NCBI RefSeq assembly: GCF_009914755.1
Contig: NC_060926.1
DNA length: 64,000 bases
Direction: 5' to 3' (one strand)
From: the human T2T-CHM13v2.0 reference genome, Homo sapiens
In this document: piece by piece, positions 41,104 through 57,321 of the stretch
How positions within the stretch are numbered: the stretch's first letter is position 1
How the letters are laid out: each line of letters starts with the position of its first letter
Made by a program: the position numbers and the translations under genes
The notes under the pieces: generated by a model
Told to the model about the DNA's origin: nothing
Database searches by the model: none
What the model saw: only the letters and a program-made list of their open reading frames with translations

Positions 41104-42353
41104 TTACATTAACAGAATCCCTGGGAGCAATCTGCAGAAGAGAGTATGAAATATTAGTAGAGATAAAATGAAAGGCTGTCCTTGGTACAATCATATCATC
41201 ACACCAAGGCGTTCTGGCAGCAGTCCTCCTAGTCTAAGAACATGTGGGGACTCAGACACTAATGCATTAAATAAATTCTAAAAGCAACTTTTCTTGGGTC
41301 CTCAAATGACAAAATCTTCTCAAAATTCTTATACTGATACTATATTTTGTCAATTTGTTGTTTTAAAAATGGCCTTTACATGTGGCTCAACACAGAGATG
41401 TAATACTGACTGTGGTACTCTGCAGAAGAGCAGAAAGTGGGCCCTGGCTGGGGTGAGGAGTGGATGGAATCAAGAGCCCTTCCTCTTTGCTCCTGGAATC
41501 AGGCTGAAATAACAGTTTTATCTCTTGCTCCAGAAAAAAGTAGTATAAGCACGTCCTCGAAGTGAGTGTCTTGGTGTTACCAAGCATGTGATTTATGATG
41601 CTTTAGTCTCTAGATCCCAGATGGGACACGTCTAGGCATCCCTCAGGGCCTTGGGTCGATCAGGTTCTTCTTGCCCCGGGCATGGTTGTCTGGGGTGACG
41701 CATGAAAGGACAGAGAAGATCAGGATGTAGGTGTGCAGGCTAGACTGTTGACTTATTAGTAGTAATAGCGAGTGCTGTTGCCTGTAAAAAATCCAACATT
41801 GTGGACATGAGGAGAAAATGGGTCAGGCTCTTATTGGAGTCACAAATCTAAAGAAGCTTTTTATCATGAAAGTCTGTGATTCAGTATCTGCAGAGACTTT
41901 AATAACCTACTCACCATTATTTCCACTTAGATCGCCTTATGAGCAGGAAGAAAGGAGCAATTTAGGGTTCAGTAAAAAGCACATCTGTTTGACTGATAAT
42001 GTCATGGTTGTTGTGATCATACTTAAAAACATGCTAGTACTTTTACGGTGTGTGCACCTCTCAGCTTTTTATAGGCTCTGTGACATCATAAATCAAAACA
42101 TCTATGTACAATGACCACAGGACCACTGATAAAGTGCTCTAAGAGTCCTTCCTTTTACTCTGATGTATGCCTGTAAACCCCCTCCTCATTCTTCACTTAA
42201 AGTCAAACAACCCAACTGTAAACATGATGCTCTGAGATGAAGGACAACTGACTATCACCATTCTCTCCCCACCCTGACCTTCTCATCCATAAGCTGAAGG
42301 TAAAGTTGCTCATCTGATTGTGGACAAAACTCCATGAAAGGAGAAAAAGCTTA

Positions 42354-42515
<162 letters not shown>

Positions 42516-45500
42516 TTAGTAATGCACGTGAAAATTTGGTTTCACAGTCACATAAATAAACGTTTTATTTCTGGCAGTCTCATTAATGTGCACAGGGAAG
42601 TTATTCCTCTCCAAGTATCTCAACAGGGGTCATCCCAAGTGGAACACAGGAGATGCAGAGTAAGAGGGAAAAGTGGGTGGAGAGGGAAAAAAGAGGAAAC
42701 TCCACGGTGGGGGATGCAAGAGTGCCATTTTTGTAAATTTCAGCCACATTTCTCACCTCTGCAGAAACCATCCTCATACTTTCAAGCCTCTGACCTGTGC
42801 CTTTGCTCTTGCTCTTCTTTTAGGCCAGGATGCCCTCCACAACCCCACCTCCTTAGCCAACTATCAAAATCTCATTTCAAACCCCAGTTCAAATGCCATG
42901 TCCTTTTTGAAACTTTCAGGCTCCCACTCAGATAAAATGTCACTCTTTCCCTATTGTCCTTCAGTATTTCATTCTCTCATGATGTGAATTACTTCACTTG
43001 GACCTTATAAGTACCTATATAAATGTCTTTACTACACTAGGTTAGGATATTCAGAATTAATATTGCTTATGTTTCAGTTACTTCTCAATGTGATAAAATG
43101 TCTGGGGATAAATGGGCAGTTTTCCTGTTAATGTATTGCCCTAATTTTTTAAATAAATGAATTCTTTGGGCAGTGAGTTAGGAGTTCTAGGCAGCAGGGA
43201 GCTTATAAAGCCCCAAATCTAGAGAAATCCCTGGTATCAAAGGACTCTACAAATGAAATGACAACTCCAAAATAGTGGGCACTATGTACTCAAGGTGTAC
43301 TGATTTTGGGTCTAGGTGAACTGAGCTGACTAGTATGCCGGAGGACAGACCTGGCTATGTGTGGGCAGTAAAATGGCAGCCAAAAAATCTTGTTAGGCCA
43401 TTAAGACTGTAGTCTCCATTGTCTTTTGCCTTCAGCCTTCCAAAGACTGATCACCTTTGGAAAACAAAGGCAAGAGTAGACTATAAAATAGTCTACTCTG
43501 AAAGATAAGCTCCTTAAAGATAAGCATCTTCTTATAATCATATTCTTGGTCTTCTCTACCTAGTGCCTAACACAATGCTTGGTATAAAAAATGTATGTTG
43601 AATGGAATAAACCAAAAAACACTGTGTAGGTGTGTGTATGTGTGTGCAAACCTGGTGTGTCAGGCGCAAGATAGGAGCCACCAAATATCCAGGCCGTACT
43701 ACTGTACTACTACTGATTCTTTTAAAAACAACTGGTCAATTATAATAGTCTCTAATTTCTATACTTGTTTCTATACTTTCTTTTAATTCTTCTAAGAATT
43801 ACATTAAGTATATTTTATAGTCTGTATCTGCCAATTCCAATATTTGAAGTCTCTGCTGCCAACTGATTCTGCAGTTTATTGTTTCTTACTCCTACTAAAC
43901 CTTGCTTATGGTGGTGTTGTGAGGAGCTTTTTGTTTTTGTTAACTTACATTCCTTGGAACTTAATCTGTAAAAAGCTTGTAAGATCTGGGTTTAAAGTCT
44001 ATTGTTCTTCCAGAGAGGATATACTGGTGTAGCTGGGGGCACTACTACCCTGGAATCACTTTAATCTATAATTTTGACCTTGGAATTTCCAGCCACATAG
44101 GTAGTTTGAACTACAGCCATCAACCTGCACAGGTATGTTCTATGATGAACAATTCTTAAGCATAGGGTTATGAAAGATTAGGAGAGATTCATTCCTTTGA
44201 GATAAGGCTGAGGCACGCAAATATTTCCATCATCTATGTCTTTTTTATAAAGCTCACCAGTTTAATCTATTTACACAAAGTGACACAGTCAAGCTTCCTG
44301 AGCATATACACACTTTAGGAATTTAAAATAATTCCAACAAAACAACGCTAATGTTTTCAATCTAATTTAGAGGTTATAAAAATAACAGCCATCATTTTCT
44401 GAGCTTTATTATTGCCAGTACTACTGTACTCAGCATTTTACATGGATTATCCCACTACATCCTCATAATCCCAATATGATTATTATCCTTCTCTCACAGA
44501 TGGAGAAAATGAGGCTCAGAGTGATTAAGTCACTTGCTAAATGTCACACAGCCAATAGTTGGTACAGCTGGGAAGTGAACCTAAACAACCTCACTCTAGA
44601 AAGGATAGGCAATTATATTCCTGCTACAGGAAGCAGGTTAGAAGCAGAGCAATTACTCAAGGCCCCCATCCTTACTTCCAACTATAGTAGGGGAGACAAT
44701 ACTTGTCTAATGCATTGGGTGCAAGCTTAAGGACAGGACTTTCTTGGTGCTTTATGTTCAGAAATGCCCCCACAATAGAAATCTAGTGAATAAGGAATGA
44801 AGTGTCTAAACACTAGCCAGGCTGATTTGTTCGATGTCTCCTAAGCATTCCATACACAACCTAATTTGTCCTTTTATTCAATTGCTCCTTTTATTCAACT
44901 GCTCATTCTCCACTCCAGTTGTAACTCCTCAGAAAAACCTTTCACAACCAGTTCACAAAATCTACAGAACTTACTGTCAATAGCAGAGGCTGCCAAAGGC
45001 CTTCAGGCCACATCAAACCATGCCCACTTGTTACTTACCCTAAAGTTTATGGCTGCTTTTGAGCTCTGACAGCAGAGTGAGCAGTTATGACAGACTTAAA
45101 ATATTTATTATCTGGCCCTTTGTAAATAAATTTTGCCAACCTTTGGTAGGTAATAATCACTGATAATCATTTACAATTTGGCAATGTTTCTTTCACTGTG
45201 GGTTGGTATTTAACTTCTTATGTATTTATGCTTGCCTTCCCAAGTAAGAATACAAAACTTTAGAGAAAAGGGCACTGTGTTATGCCTGTGCATCTCCCAT
45301 AACACCTTGTCCAGTGCTGTACACACGCCAGGGACCCTTAAATGTTGCCGATGAAATCACTTATTCAGCATCATTCAGCAACAATCTTCCTCCTCGGCCT
45401 CATGCACCTGGCAGGGCTCATCTAAAACCATGCTTCTCCTATTGTATGTGTGCACTCGCTTTCTGAATCAGTTTCTACACTTCTAATGCTGGAATGTACA

Positions 45501-45547
45501 TCTAGAAAAGCTGTTATACCATACATTTATCAAAGAAACATGTTTCA

Positions 45548-45688
45548 CACAAAGGATAAATGCTTGAGGTGGCAGATACCCTACTCATCCTGATGTGATA
45601 TTACACATTGCATACCAGTATCAAAATGTCTCATATAACTCCTATATACACCCATTACGTACCCACAAAAATTAAAAACTAAAAAACA
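45548..45688 (+). mobile_element. Short L1MA-like 3' end with 16-bp TSD
   Basis: aaaggataaatgcttgaggt...cctgatgtgat...gtacccacaaaaattaaaa; aaagaaaca(t/c)gtttca at 45532-47 and 45689-704. Confidence 0.85.
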
Positions 45689-48600
45689 AAAGAAACACGT
45701 TTCAACTCCTACTATATGCCAAGAACTTTTCTAGGCTCTAGGGATAAGGCTGTGAACACAACAAGGTCTATCCTCTCACAGAGCTTACAGTCCAACTGGG
45801 GATAAGAAGAAAATAATTATACTTGCCTGGTAGTGATAAATATTATGACAAGAATACAGCAGGTGAATGTATGTAAGGTGAAGACGAATGTTATTTTAAA
45901 TAGTATAGTCGGGGAAGGTCTCTCCAAGGGGAACAGAGACCTGGATGAAGAAGGAGCAGCCATGTGCCATATGGGGAAAGAGCATTCCAAGCAGAAAACA
46001 GTAGCACAAAGGCCCTGAGATGGGAGTGTGCCTGAAGGGTCTGAGGCACAGAGGCAGGCCACTGTGGCTGGAATAGTGCTATGCATAGTACCAGTACTGC
46101 AAAGAAAGCTGAAAACATGGGAAAGGACCTACTATGAACCACTGCTGTCAGGAAAGGGGAGACAAGACAATGTGGAGCCATGGAGGAAGTGAAGGACTTA
46201 CAAAAGTGAAACTAATAACAGGAACAAAGCATAGAAACCAGAGTGATAATAACAGTAGCAACTAACAGCACTTATTAAGTGCCAGACACTGCTCCACGCG
46301 CTTTTACCTAGAGTATTTCATATAATCCTTACAAAGCCTTATTGTCTCCCTTAATAGATTAGAAAAAAGAGGCCAGAGAAGTTACCTAACTTGTCTGAGG
46401 TCACAGGATAGTAGGGCAGTATTTAGGCTCAGGCCACCGGACTGCCAGGACCACACCCTCACCCACCGTGCTGATGTGCATTGTGCAATTAAGGGGGATG
46501 GACAGTTGAGATTGGTGAGGAAGGAGGAAGGAGAAAGGGAGAGGACCAGAGAAGCACACAGACAGCAGACTGAGGAAGGGCACTTGGGCACCATTCAGCA
46601 TTTTTCTCAGGTCAGCAGCACATGAAGACAGCCATTTTATGAAAATTAGCTTGGCAAAATTGAGGGAGAAGAAAAGAAGGAAGCCAACAAGGGCAGGTAC
46701 AACAGTCTGGGTGTGAGATGACTAGGGCAGGGTATAGAGAAAAATCAACAGGGATGGAAGTAAGCAGGTGTGAATAGATTATGTGAGATTAAGAAGGTAG
46801 AAACCCAACTAGACAGTCGTACACCACCTTCTGAAAGCTTCAGAGAATTTGCATAGGGACTTTGTTTTTGGCAAAGTCCCTTAGGGTGAAGCTCAAGATT
46901 GTTTACCACTGCTTACAATCCCGAACCTTTCCATTCTTTGAGAGTGCGATGCTGCTGACCCCATTTCCTAGCCTCTCAGCTTAAGAGTGCAATTGAAGTT
47001 GTCACTGTCAAACTCTGCTTACAGCTTTAGCAAAAAGATCTAAGAGGCTACCTCCTACTGACCTCTTCATCTCAATATTATTCCAAACAGGTATGGCATT
47101 AGGCATTTCAGTCAGAGAATGTATTGCCACTGCAAAATTTGAAGGATTAGATGAATGCAGGTTTTCAAACCTGTGTTTCTAAAAATGGGACAAGAATCTT
47201 CATCCTATTATACTTCATGAGATCAAAATCTCTATTCTAACAAAGGAGACATCTATGACTCTTTTGACATGAATGTGCATGTTAAGCCTTAACCCTTTCT
47301 TCTCCTTTCTTAAGTGCTTGGACAAATAGCATGGTATAATACAACAGAATAAAACGGGAGTGAAAAACCGTGGTCTCCGTTCTGGTTTGATCACTCAACT
47401 ACCTGTGCAGGTCACAGCCTTTCTGTGCGGAGGTTTCCTCACTGGTAAAGAAGAGGGCTGGCTTAGGTGACCTTCCCAGATCCACAACACCATGATCTGC
47501 AATACTGATCTTTATCTTTCTCAGAGAAATGAAAATTTAAAATGGGGAAAATGATTAAAGTGTTAAAATAATGTATTAGAGGAGAGATCTTCAATATAGA
47601 ACAGCACTTCTGCTATGGTTATTTTTAGAACATAAGCTGCTTAAGGACAGGGACCACTTTCAGTTTATTTCCTCTGTCACTGGAAAGAAAGGCTGCACAG
47701 GCAGTAGGGAGGGCAAGGGGGGTTTCCTCAGTTCTGCATGTGAACCAGCAGACCCACAGGCAGAGTGGCGCTGGCTCCACAAGGCCCGAAGTAGGCCTGG
47801 CCCGTGCTCTTTCCCTCATCCTATTAACTTTTATTCACAGTGGCACCTTCTCACCGAATGGAAATCCTGCTCACAGAGAAGCAACTAGCATTTTCTCTGG
47901 AAAACAGGAAAATAGAGAACTCTTTGGCCCTGACTACTGCTAGGACTGTGGTGGCTGGTTCTCACAGTGACATGGAGCTCAGAGTCGCTGAGACTATGTG
48001 ATGCAACGACAGAGCCAGGGTGAACAGGAGCACTTGGGGAAGCTGCAGATGCGCAGACAACTGTAACTGCCCAGCGCGGACATACTAGCAGACAGCAATA
48101 AAATCTAACGTGCTAATGAAAGCATCTAGATGGCATCGAGTGTAAGATCTGGGGAGTCAATGACTAAAAACAACAGCGACCAGGACTTCTCTGCAACAAT
48201 CACAATCCAGGCCTCTTCCCATGGTCCCTATATCCAAGGTAAAGGAGAAAGAGTCTCCTGAACCACAGTGAACAAATTGGCAGCATGCCTGATGATCTTC
48301 AATATTGATGAAAACACAACCACAGAGTCCAATACAATCAGCTCTCCTTATCTGCAGGTTTCACGTCTCCCTCCATGCAACCAACCATGCATCAAAACCC
48401 ACTGATAAGGGGGGACAACTGTGTGTATTCTCCACCTACAGATGGTTGAATCTGCAGATGTGGAACATCAGATGCAGAAGGCCAACTACTGTGTGTCCAG
48501 CATTGCGCTGCCTCCGTCTTAGGAGCACTGAGGTGCAAGGGGTAAAGCACTGAGGGCTGGCTGGGGAAATGAAGTCTGGTAACCTCACTCTAGCCTTTCA

Positions 48601-48903
48601 TTCCAGTTTGCTCCGCATTCCCCTGCTGAAACATCTTGTGGGCTGTTCAGTGCAGTGAAGGAAGAGGCTGGGGCCCGCTGCCTTAGCCCTCCCACCGACC
48701 TACTCAGCATCCCAGGCAAGACACTGAGCTCTGTCTCCAGGGCCCCATCACTGGGTGATGCTGACCCAGCACCTCACTGTAGCACAGGGAATGTCACCAG
48801 GCAGTGCTATCCTGGTAACTACGTAAGCTGGACAGGTGTTATTTACTGGTATGACATGACTATCATTCAGGCTTCATTTAATCCAGTAAGTGTTTAAAAA
48901 TCA

Positions 48904-49214
<311 letters not shown>

Positions 49215-50435
49215 AGTTAATATAAAGGAAGACTCTGAGAACATGGGAATATTACTTTCTAAAAGGATCCTCTGTGTCCCTCTGCTCTTTCCCTTGTCCT
49301 CACCTCTGAGCCCTTTCAGGCATTTACCATGCCAGGGATGTGCGCCTAGAGATTGACAAGCACTCCCTCATTCAACCTCACCACCACCCTAACAGAGCAG
49401 GCACTGTTAGCTCCACTTTACAGATGATGAAACTCAGGCTCGGAGAGGCTAGTGATTTGAGAAGAAAGCCAAGGAGCCTGGAAAGGAGTTGCTGGGGAGA
49501 AGACACCATCATAGAGGTCAAGGGAGAGACAGTCACAAAGGAGCCAGAAGCCACAGGGGGAATAAGACAGGGACTGGAAAATGTTCTCTGCATTTGGCAA
49601 TACGGAGGAAGCTGCCTATGCTCACCTCTCACAGCACTTGTAATTCCGTCAGTATGAGTCACACGGTGGTGCAGAGTCAGAGTTCACAGGATGAACTCTA
49701 ACCCCATTTGACATGGAAGGGGTGCAGAACGGGGGCTACAGAGAGGCAAAAGGTCACATGGATCATAAGAGCGGTGCCCACCAGCCACATTTCTCCCCTA
49801 TTTCTATGCCTCTCACACTCTTCTCCAAGGCAGGCAGCAAGGCCAGGGGTCAGGTCCTTAAGTTTTGGTACCACTGCCTGTTCTGAAATACATGCTAACA
49901 GGATTTAAACAAAAATTTTACTCATTGTTAAAGGCAACTAGGAGTAGTGTCAATACATATTCAGAGCAATGCCTGTGGTCACTCTAGCCTGGTCTGCAAC
50001 TGGCCACACACTGGAGCTCTGACCCACCTTCTCATCCCCACACACCTTGCTGTTCCCTTCTGCAGGGAGCCCTCTGGCTCTACTCTCTACCCAGAATGTT
50101 CTTCATCCTCTCTGTGACCACTTACTTCCTATCAGGCCTTCAAAATCCCACTTTTCCAGAAAATTCCAATCATCACTGCCTGATCTCACTATCTGGCCAT
50201 ACATTAAACCTCTTGATTATCTTCTATTCATCATTTTCTTCTATAGAGTTTTATATTTCATCTATTTCTGTTTCAAGTCTAAATATTTCATTGGTATCTT
50301 CTTACCAACAATACTTTGAATATCTTGAGGGTAGGAACAATGTTATATTTGTCCCATCCCCACAGAATTATGTACTTGTGCTATGCTAAGCTTATAATAA
50401 ATATTCAACAACATGCATTCCCTGCCCCCCTTGCC

Positions 50436-50753
<318 letters not shown>

Positions 50754-50869
50754 TAGAAAAAAAGGGCTGACTGTGCGCAGAGGTACACTACAGAAAGCTA
50801 TCTAAGCCTTTGGGAGGTATATACTCATTCTCCTGTAAGCTAACTGCCTTAATATAGAAATGCCAGGAT

Positions 50870-51905
50870 GTACCACTTCATACCCACTAGGATGGCTAAA
50901 ACAAAAAAGGTCAATAACAAGTGTTGGTAAAGATGTGGAGAAACTGGAACCTTCACGTATTGCCGATGGACGTAAAATAGTGTGGCTACTTTGGAAAACA
51001 GTTTGAAGGGTCCTCAAAAAGTTAAACACAGAGCTACTATATGACCCCACAATCTACCCCTAGGTATAGACCTATAAGAATTCAAAACATATGTCCACAC
51101 AAAAACTGGTACATGAATGTTCATAGCAGTGTTATTATTCATAATAGCCAAAAAGTGAAAACAACTCGAATGTTCATCAGTGAATGAATGGATAAACAAA
51201 ATGTGGTACATCCATACAACAGAATATTATGAAACTATGAAAATGAAGTACTGATACATACTATAACATTGACGAACCTTGAAAACATTGTGCTAAGTGA
51301 AAAAGTCAGACAGAAGGGGTCACATATGATGATTCCATTTATATGAAATGTTCAGAACATGAAAATACAGAGACAGAAAGTAGATTAGGGGTTGCCAGGA
51401 GAGAGGGAAAGGGGAGAGAGAATAGGGACTGCTAATGGATACAGGGTTTCTTTTGGGGATGATGAAATGTTCTGGAATTAGATAGTAGCGATGGTTACAC
51501 AACTTTGTAAGTATACTAGAAACTGCTGAATTTTATACTTCTTTTTTTTTTTTTTTTTTTTTGAGGCAGAGTCTCGCTCTGTTGCTCAGGCTGGAGTGCA
51601 GTGGCGTGATCTCCACTCACTGCAACCCCTGCCTCCCAGGTGCAAGTGATTCTCATGCCTCCGCCTCCTGAGTACCTGGGACTATAGGCATGCGCTACTA
51701 CACCCGGCTAATTTTTTGTATTTTTAGTAGAGACGTGGTTTCGCCATGTTGGCCAGGCTGGTCTCATACTCCTGATCTCAAGTGATCTGCCCGCCTTGGC
51801 CTCCTGAAGTGCTGGGATTATAGGCATGAGCCACCACGCCTGGCCTGAATTATATACTTTAAAGCAGTAAATTTTATAGTATGTGAATTATGTCTCAATT
51901 TTTTT
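50870..51905 (+). mobile_element. L1MB-like 3' fragment interrupted by a minus-strand Alu (51542-51845, TSD tgaatt(t/a)tatactt)
   Basis: taccacttcatacccactaggatggcta...aataacaagtgttgg...; L1 resumes after the Alu. Confidence 0.85.
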
Positions 51906-52770
51906 TAAAAAGTTAAGAAATAAAAGAAATGCAGGTATGCTGCTTTATCCCAAAACCTTTAGAGTATACAAAAACCACCCAGTGTTCTTATTAAGATATG
52001 GCTTCTTGGGCTTCCCTGATGTCACTACCAAAATTTTGGCCCAAGAGATTCAGTGTGGAACCTACCAGCCTGCATTTAACAAGCATGCTAGGGGATGCTG
52101 ATTCAAGTTATTAGCTATGAAGCATGTTTCCTGAAACACGGTAGAATGAAAAGAAATTGTAATTTAGAATCTGAAGGCTGGATTCAAATTCTGGCACTGT
52201 CCTTCCTAGTTATATGACTTTAGGCAAGTCACATAACCTCTCTGCTTCTTAGTTTCCTCAACTATAAAACGTAACAAAGAATGTCTCCCCCTGAAGAGAC
52301 ACTGTACATAAAACGTAGTAGAGTACATGGCACGTAATTGGTGCCCAATACATGCTAAGTTGAACCCTAACAAGGTGCCAATTCCATTCAACAAACACTG
52401 TCAAGTGACTACAATATGAAAGGCACAGTGCAAGGTGATGGCAATTAGGACAATTAAAAAAAATCAATTAGTTGATTTTGCAAAATATGAAATAAGACTT
52501 TAAAAACCAAGCATCATTGTTTACTAAGTATTTAAATTAAAAGTATTACTTTTCACAATCCTGAAAAAGTGGGGGGAGTATATCAGGAAAAACAAAAACA
52601 ACACAGGCTCAGGCATGTGATAATTATAAAGAATTTCTGGAGGCTGCTTAAGTAATAAAACTTACACCTGTACTGTACTTTTTCCTTTGTTATTTTCTCT
52701 CCTCAGGCAGAATATAAACATAAAAACAGGGACCATATCTTAAATTTCTCTCATATCCCCACAGTATCTA

Positions 52771-53010
<240 letters not shown>

Positions 53011-53725
53011 TTATAAACATTCGGACTTGTCATTTAGTCTAAGAGAATGAACGGCGTCCAAAGAGAAGCAGTCTGGACTAAGGTAACAGAGCTGACCACT
53101 GACTGAGCCAGGATTAAAACCTAGTTGTCTTGACTCCCAGCTTGGGATTTGTTTTCTTATAATTCAGTGTCTCCTCTAATGCATCAAAAACAGTTTCTTT
53201 ATTTTATAAAGCACCCCAGATGTGAGCTGCCCTCATTATGTCTTCGAGGTTAGTAGAACTGACAATATGGTCCTGCTTTAGTTGCCTGGTTATATTGTGT
53301 TCGTTGTGTATGAGACATGGCCACAGCCTCAACTTGCCATATCTTTTAGTAAGAATCAGATGGCACAATAGGTCCAGGGAGCAGGAAGAAGATGGTTTTA
53401 TACTTTGAACTTCAAGAACAGCTTAGTCTCTCTGGCTTCACTGCTTACTGCTTGGCTTGCAGAAATGGTACCACCAACAATTAATCTCCAGGACCAAAAG
53501 ATTGATGACCTCACTTACAACATTATCCAGATGCCTGGATGCTCCTACTGCCTGATCTCTAAACATTTTAGTATCCAAAAAGGAAATGAGCAGGAGGAAA
53601 CAAACGGTCAAGTTCAAATTTGTTAGTACTTTAGGAAATCAGGTAAATAGTTAATACAGTAAGGGCTAAAATTACTGGTTAACATCACATTTTTGGGATT
53701 AGCAACATATTTAATTTATGGATAG

Positions 53726-54018
<293 letters not shown>

Positions 54019-54711
54019 CTATGGATAGTATCTTAAGCGTAAGGAAAATGTTAATGGAACTAAGGGTGATTACAAAACACAGCACCAAACAGTAAGGCAC
54101 TGACCTAAGCCAAACCTCCAAACAATGGTTATATAAAATGCAATTAACTCTGAAAAAAATTCATGCTACAGTCTGAATTTCCCAAGATAAATGTTTTTTT
54201 GAAACTTGAAGCTTTCAATGACTTTACTCCACTGTTAACAGCTGCATCATTTGAATATAGCCTCACCTTACTAGGAATTATAGCCTTAGAGTAGGGACAG
54301 GAGGGTCACTTCCATTAGACAAAAAGGATGCTTTTACCCCGTAACACATGAATGATGGCATGAGTGGGAAAGAGAACACACAAGTGAGGGAGTTGGGGAA
54401 GCTGCACTGTTTCTTTCATCCATCTGGAGTTCAGCCTTTATTATGTGCCTTCATCATTTGTTATAAAGCATCACAAAGAACATATTCATTCTCATTCTTA
54501 CACATCTTCATTTATATACAAACACCAAACCTTCCCAAACCTAACAAAAATGGAGTTCTATATTATCTACGTTTGTACCGTTATAAGAATAACTAAGAGT
54601 TGACAGCAGACTGTATCTTTTAGTTTTCTCATCTGTCAAACCAGAACATATCATAGAGTGCAGTGTACATTAAGTGAAATGACCACCCTAACCATGACAA
54701 TCAAAATGCTA

Positions 54712-54921
<210 letters not shown>

Positions 54922-56973
54922 TCAGTTCCATTAGCACAGATAATTTAAATACAGAGATGATACAGTGTTGACAGAGAAGACTAAGGAGCAAAGTCAAGAA
55001 CAGGTTTCCAGTGGTCCCTGAGATTCACTGCTAGATCTTCAATAGCAATTCCATAACCCTACTAAACCAGAGCACACTCCAGAACCTAAATTCTAGAGTC
55101 AAATGCACAGAGTGCCTACTTGCTTACTGCATCAATGCTCCACGTAAACTAGAAGCAAAGACTCCCCTCTCCAGAAACACTGCAGGGGGTAAAGAGTAGA
55201 GAGACCGTGTGAACTACTTAAATATGTGAACTTCTAATTAAGAAAAATAAAATTGATGTTTTTCCTGGTTGTAGGGGCAAAAATGAATTTAACTTGACTT
55301 TTAAATAGTTCGTACTGTTTTTTTCCTTTTGGGAAATCTACCAAAAAAAAAAAAGCTATTTACAAAGTCTTGAAGGGACTACAATAGCATCCAGACCTAA
55401 GCATTTTGTTCATAATCAGGCCTTTCAAGCCAACCAACTGGGATATAAGATGGGCATGTTTCCAGCTCTTCAGTTGGAACTGCATGTGATCTCTTAGGGC
55501 TGCTTGGATGAATTCATTCATCCAACCAACATTTGTTGAGCACCTCCTATGTGTCAGGACCCATCTAGGAACTGGAAGTGGCCTCACATTTTGGTATAGT
55601 CCTTTAAACATCTCCAGAGAGGCAGCTCTTTGTAATGATGATATTCAAAACCAAGTAATTAAGAAGTAAGTTGAGGAAAGAAAAAGAAGGCAAGCTGGGT
55701 GATATGATTTTTGCACAAATGCAAGGTAAGGTTTTATTTTTTAAACTAGTTTTAATAAATTGTCTGATTTTTGTTTCAAAAAGGTCAGGGGGAAGGAAAA
55801 CATGTGGTCCCCTGAGAGTCACCATACAAACTTAGCAGTTTGGACCGTGAGAACAGAAACTACCACCACTCTAATTAGATTCAGCTGTTTACAGTGAAAA
55901 ACAAATTTCATAACAAAACAAGAGAAAACCCCATGGTATGAAGTGAATACACCTGAACCCTGGGCATCAAAGTTAAAACTCATTAGAGTCTTCCTCTGAG
56001 TGATGGATTGTGAATGACTATTGCCTCAGAAATGGCAGCTGCAACAAAAGTTCAGACAAAAGTAGAAAGGCTTTGGAATTGGCAGATGGAAGTCACTGGA
56101 GACTTACGTGAGAGTAGTTTCACAGAACAGATGGGATGGTGGTGAGAATGAAACTGGACTTGCAATGAATGAGAGTTGAGCAAGTAGGGCCAGGGTCTAC
56201 AGATTACTCTTGCAGAACATTTGTGCCTAAGGCAGCAGCATTGAGGGGAAAGGGTGTTTAGAATGGGAGAAAACTGAGCACCAGAAAGAGGAAGGAGCCA
56301 AGAGAAGAGAGCTTTAAGATACAGGACAGGATGATGATAATTGACGGAAAAAGTCCTATAAGTAGAAGGGTGGGATTAAGAGTACTGTTCAAGGGACTGG
56401 TCTTAGGGTAACTTTTTTTTTTTCCCCCTGGCAAGCAGGAAGGAGGCAAGGATGGCTGTGCATGCTGGTTTAAGGCGGAAGAAAAAGAGAACTCAAATGA
56501 GTTCGTATCTGTTGTTTTATTTTTGGTAGAGAACAAGGTCATTTCCTAAATGTATAGGAATGACAAAGAAGTTTGATGAGACAAAAGACTTACTGCATCT
56601 GCTTTGGATAATACATAAGGGAGATGATGAAGCTGACACACAATCTCTATAATTCAAGTTTTTCCCAAACAGAAAATGATTTTGGGACTCACATTTTAGT
56701 GGCCTATCCTTCCCTCTGCTTTCCCATCTCATCATCAACCCATCTAGAACTCATTTCCATTTACACATTCCTGAAAGTAGGAAGAACTGGAGAGAAGTTC
56801 TTTGAAACCAAAATAAGGATCATATCCTCCAAATATTCAAAGATGAATGAAAGACTCATATCCCTACATTTAACTATTTGAAAAAGAATCAGCAATGTTG
56901 CCTCTGAGTTGGTCTCATCCTAAGAGGAATAATAAAGCATCTGGAAAAAAGCAAGAAAATATTGGTAGAACCA

Positions 56974-57095
56974 TGCTATGGTTTGAAGGCTTGTGTCCCC
57001 TCCAAAATTCATGTTAAAACTTAAATCCCCAATGCAATCGTATTAAGAGGTGGGGCCTTTAGGAGGTGATTAAGTCATGAGGGCAGAGCCCTCAT
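56974..57095 (+). mobile_element. 5' part of an MST-type MaLR LTR, truncated
   Basis: tgctatggtttgaa...tcccctccaaaattcatgtt...gaggtggggcctttaggaggtgatta.gtcatgagggcagagccctcat. Confidence 0.75.
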
Positions 57096-57321
57096 CTGCT
57101 GGTTAATAAAACTATTACCAGCAGATGTTACTGGTTAACATCTGCTGGTTAATAAACTATTACCAGAAGGTAAGGAAATAAGGAGCTTGCTCCAGCACAT
57201 AAATCAATCAAATCACTAAGCTCTCTTTTCTCCCCCCAGCAAGATCTTACCTGTGAGGGAAGCAGTTCATTGATTTATATTATGGCACAAGATCCTTTGA
57301 GTGGCATCAGTACATTTATAC

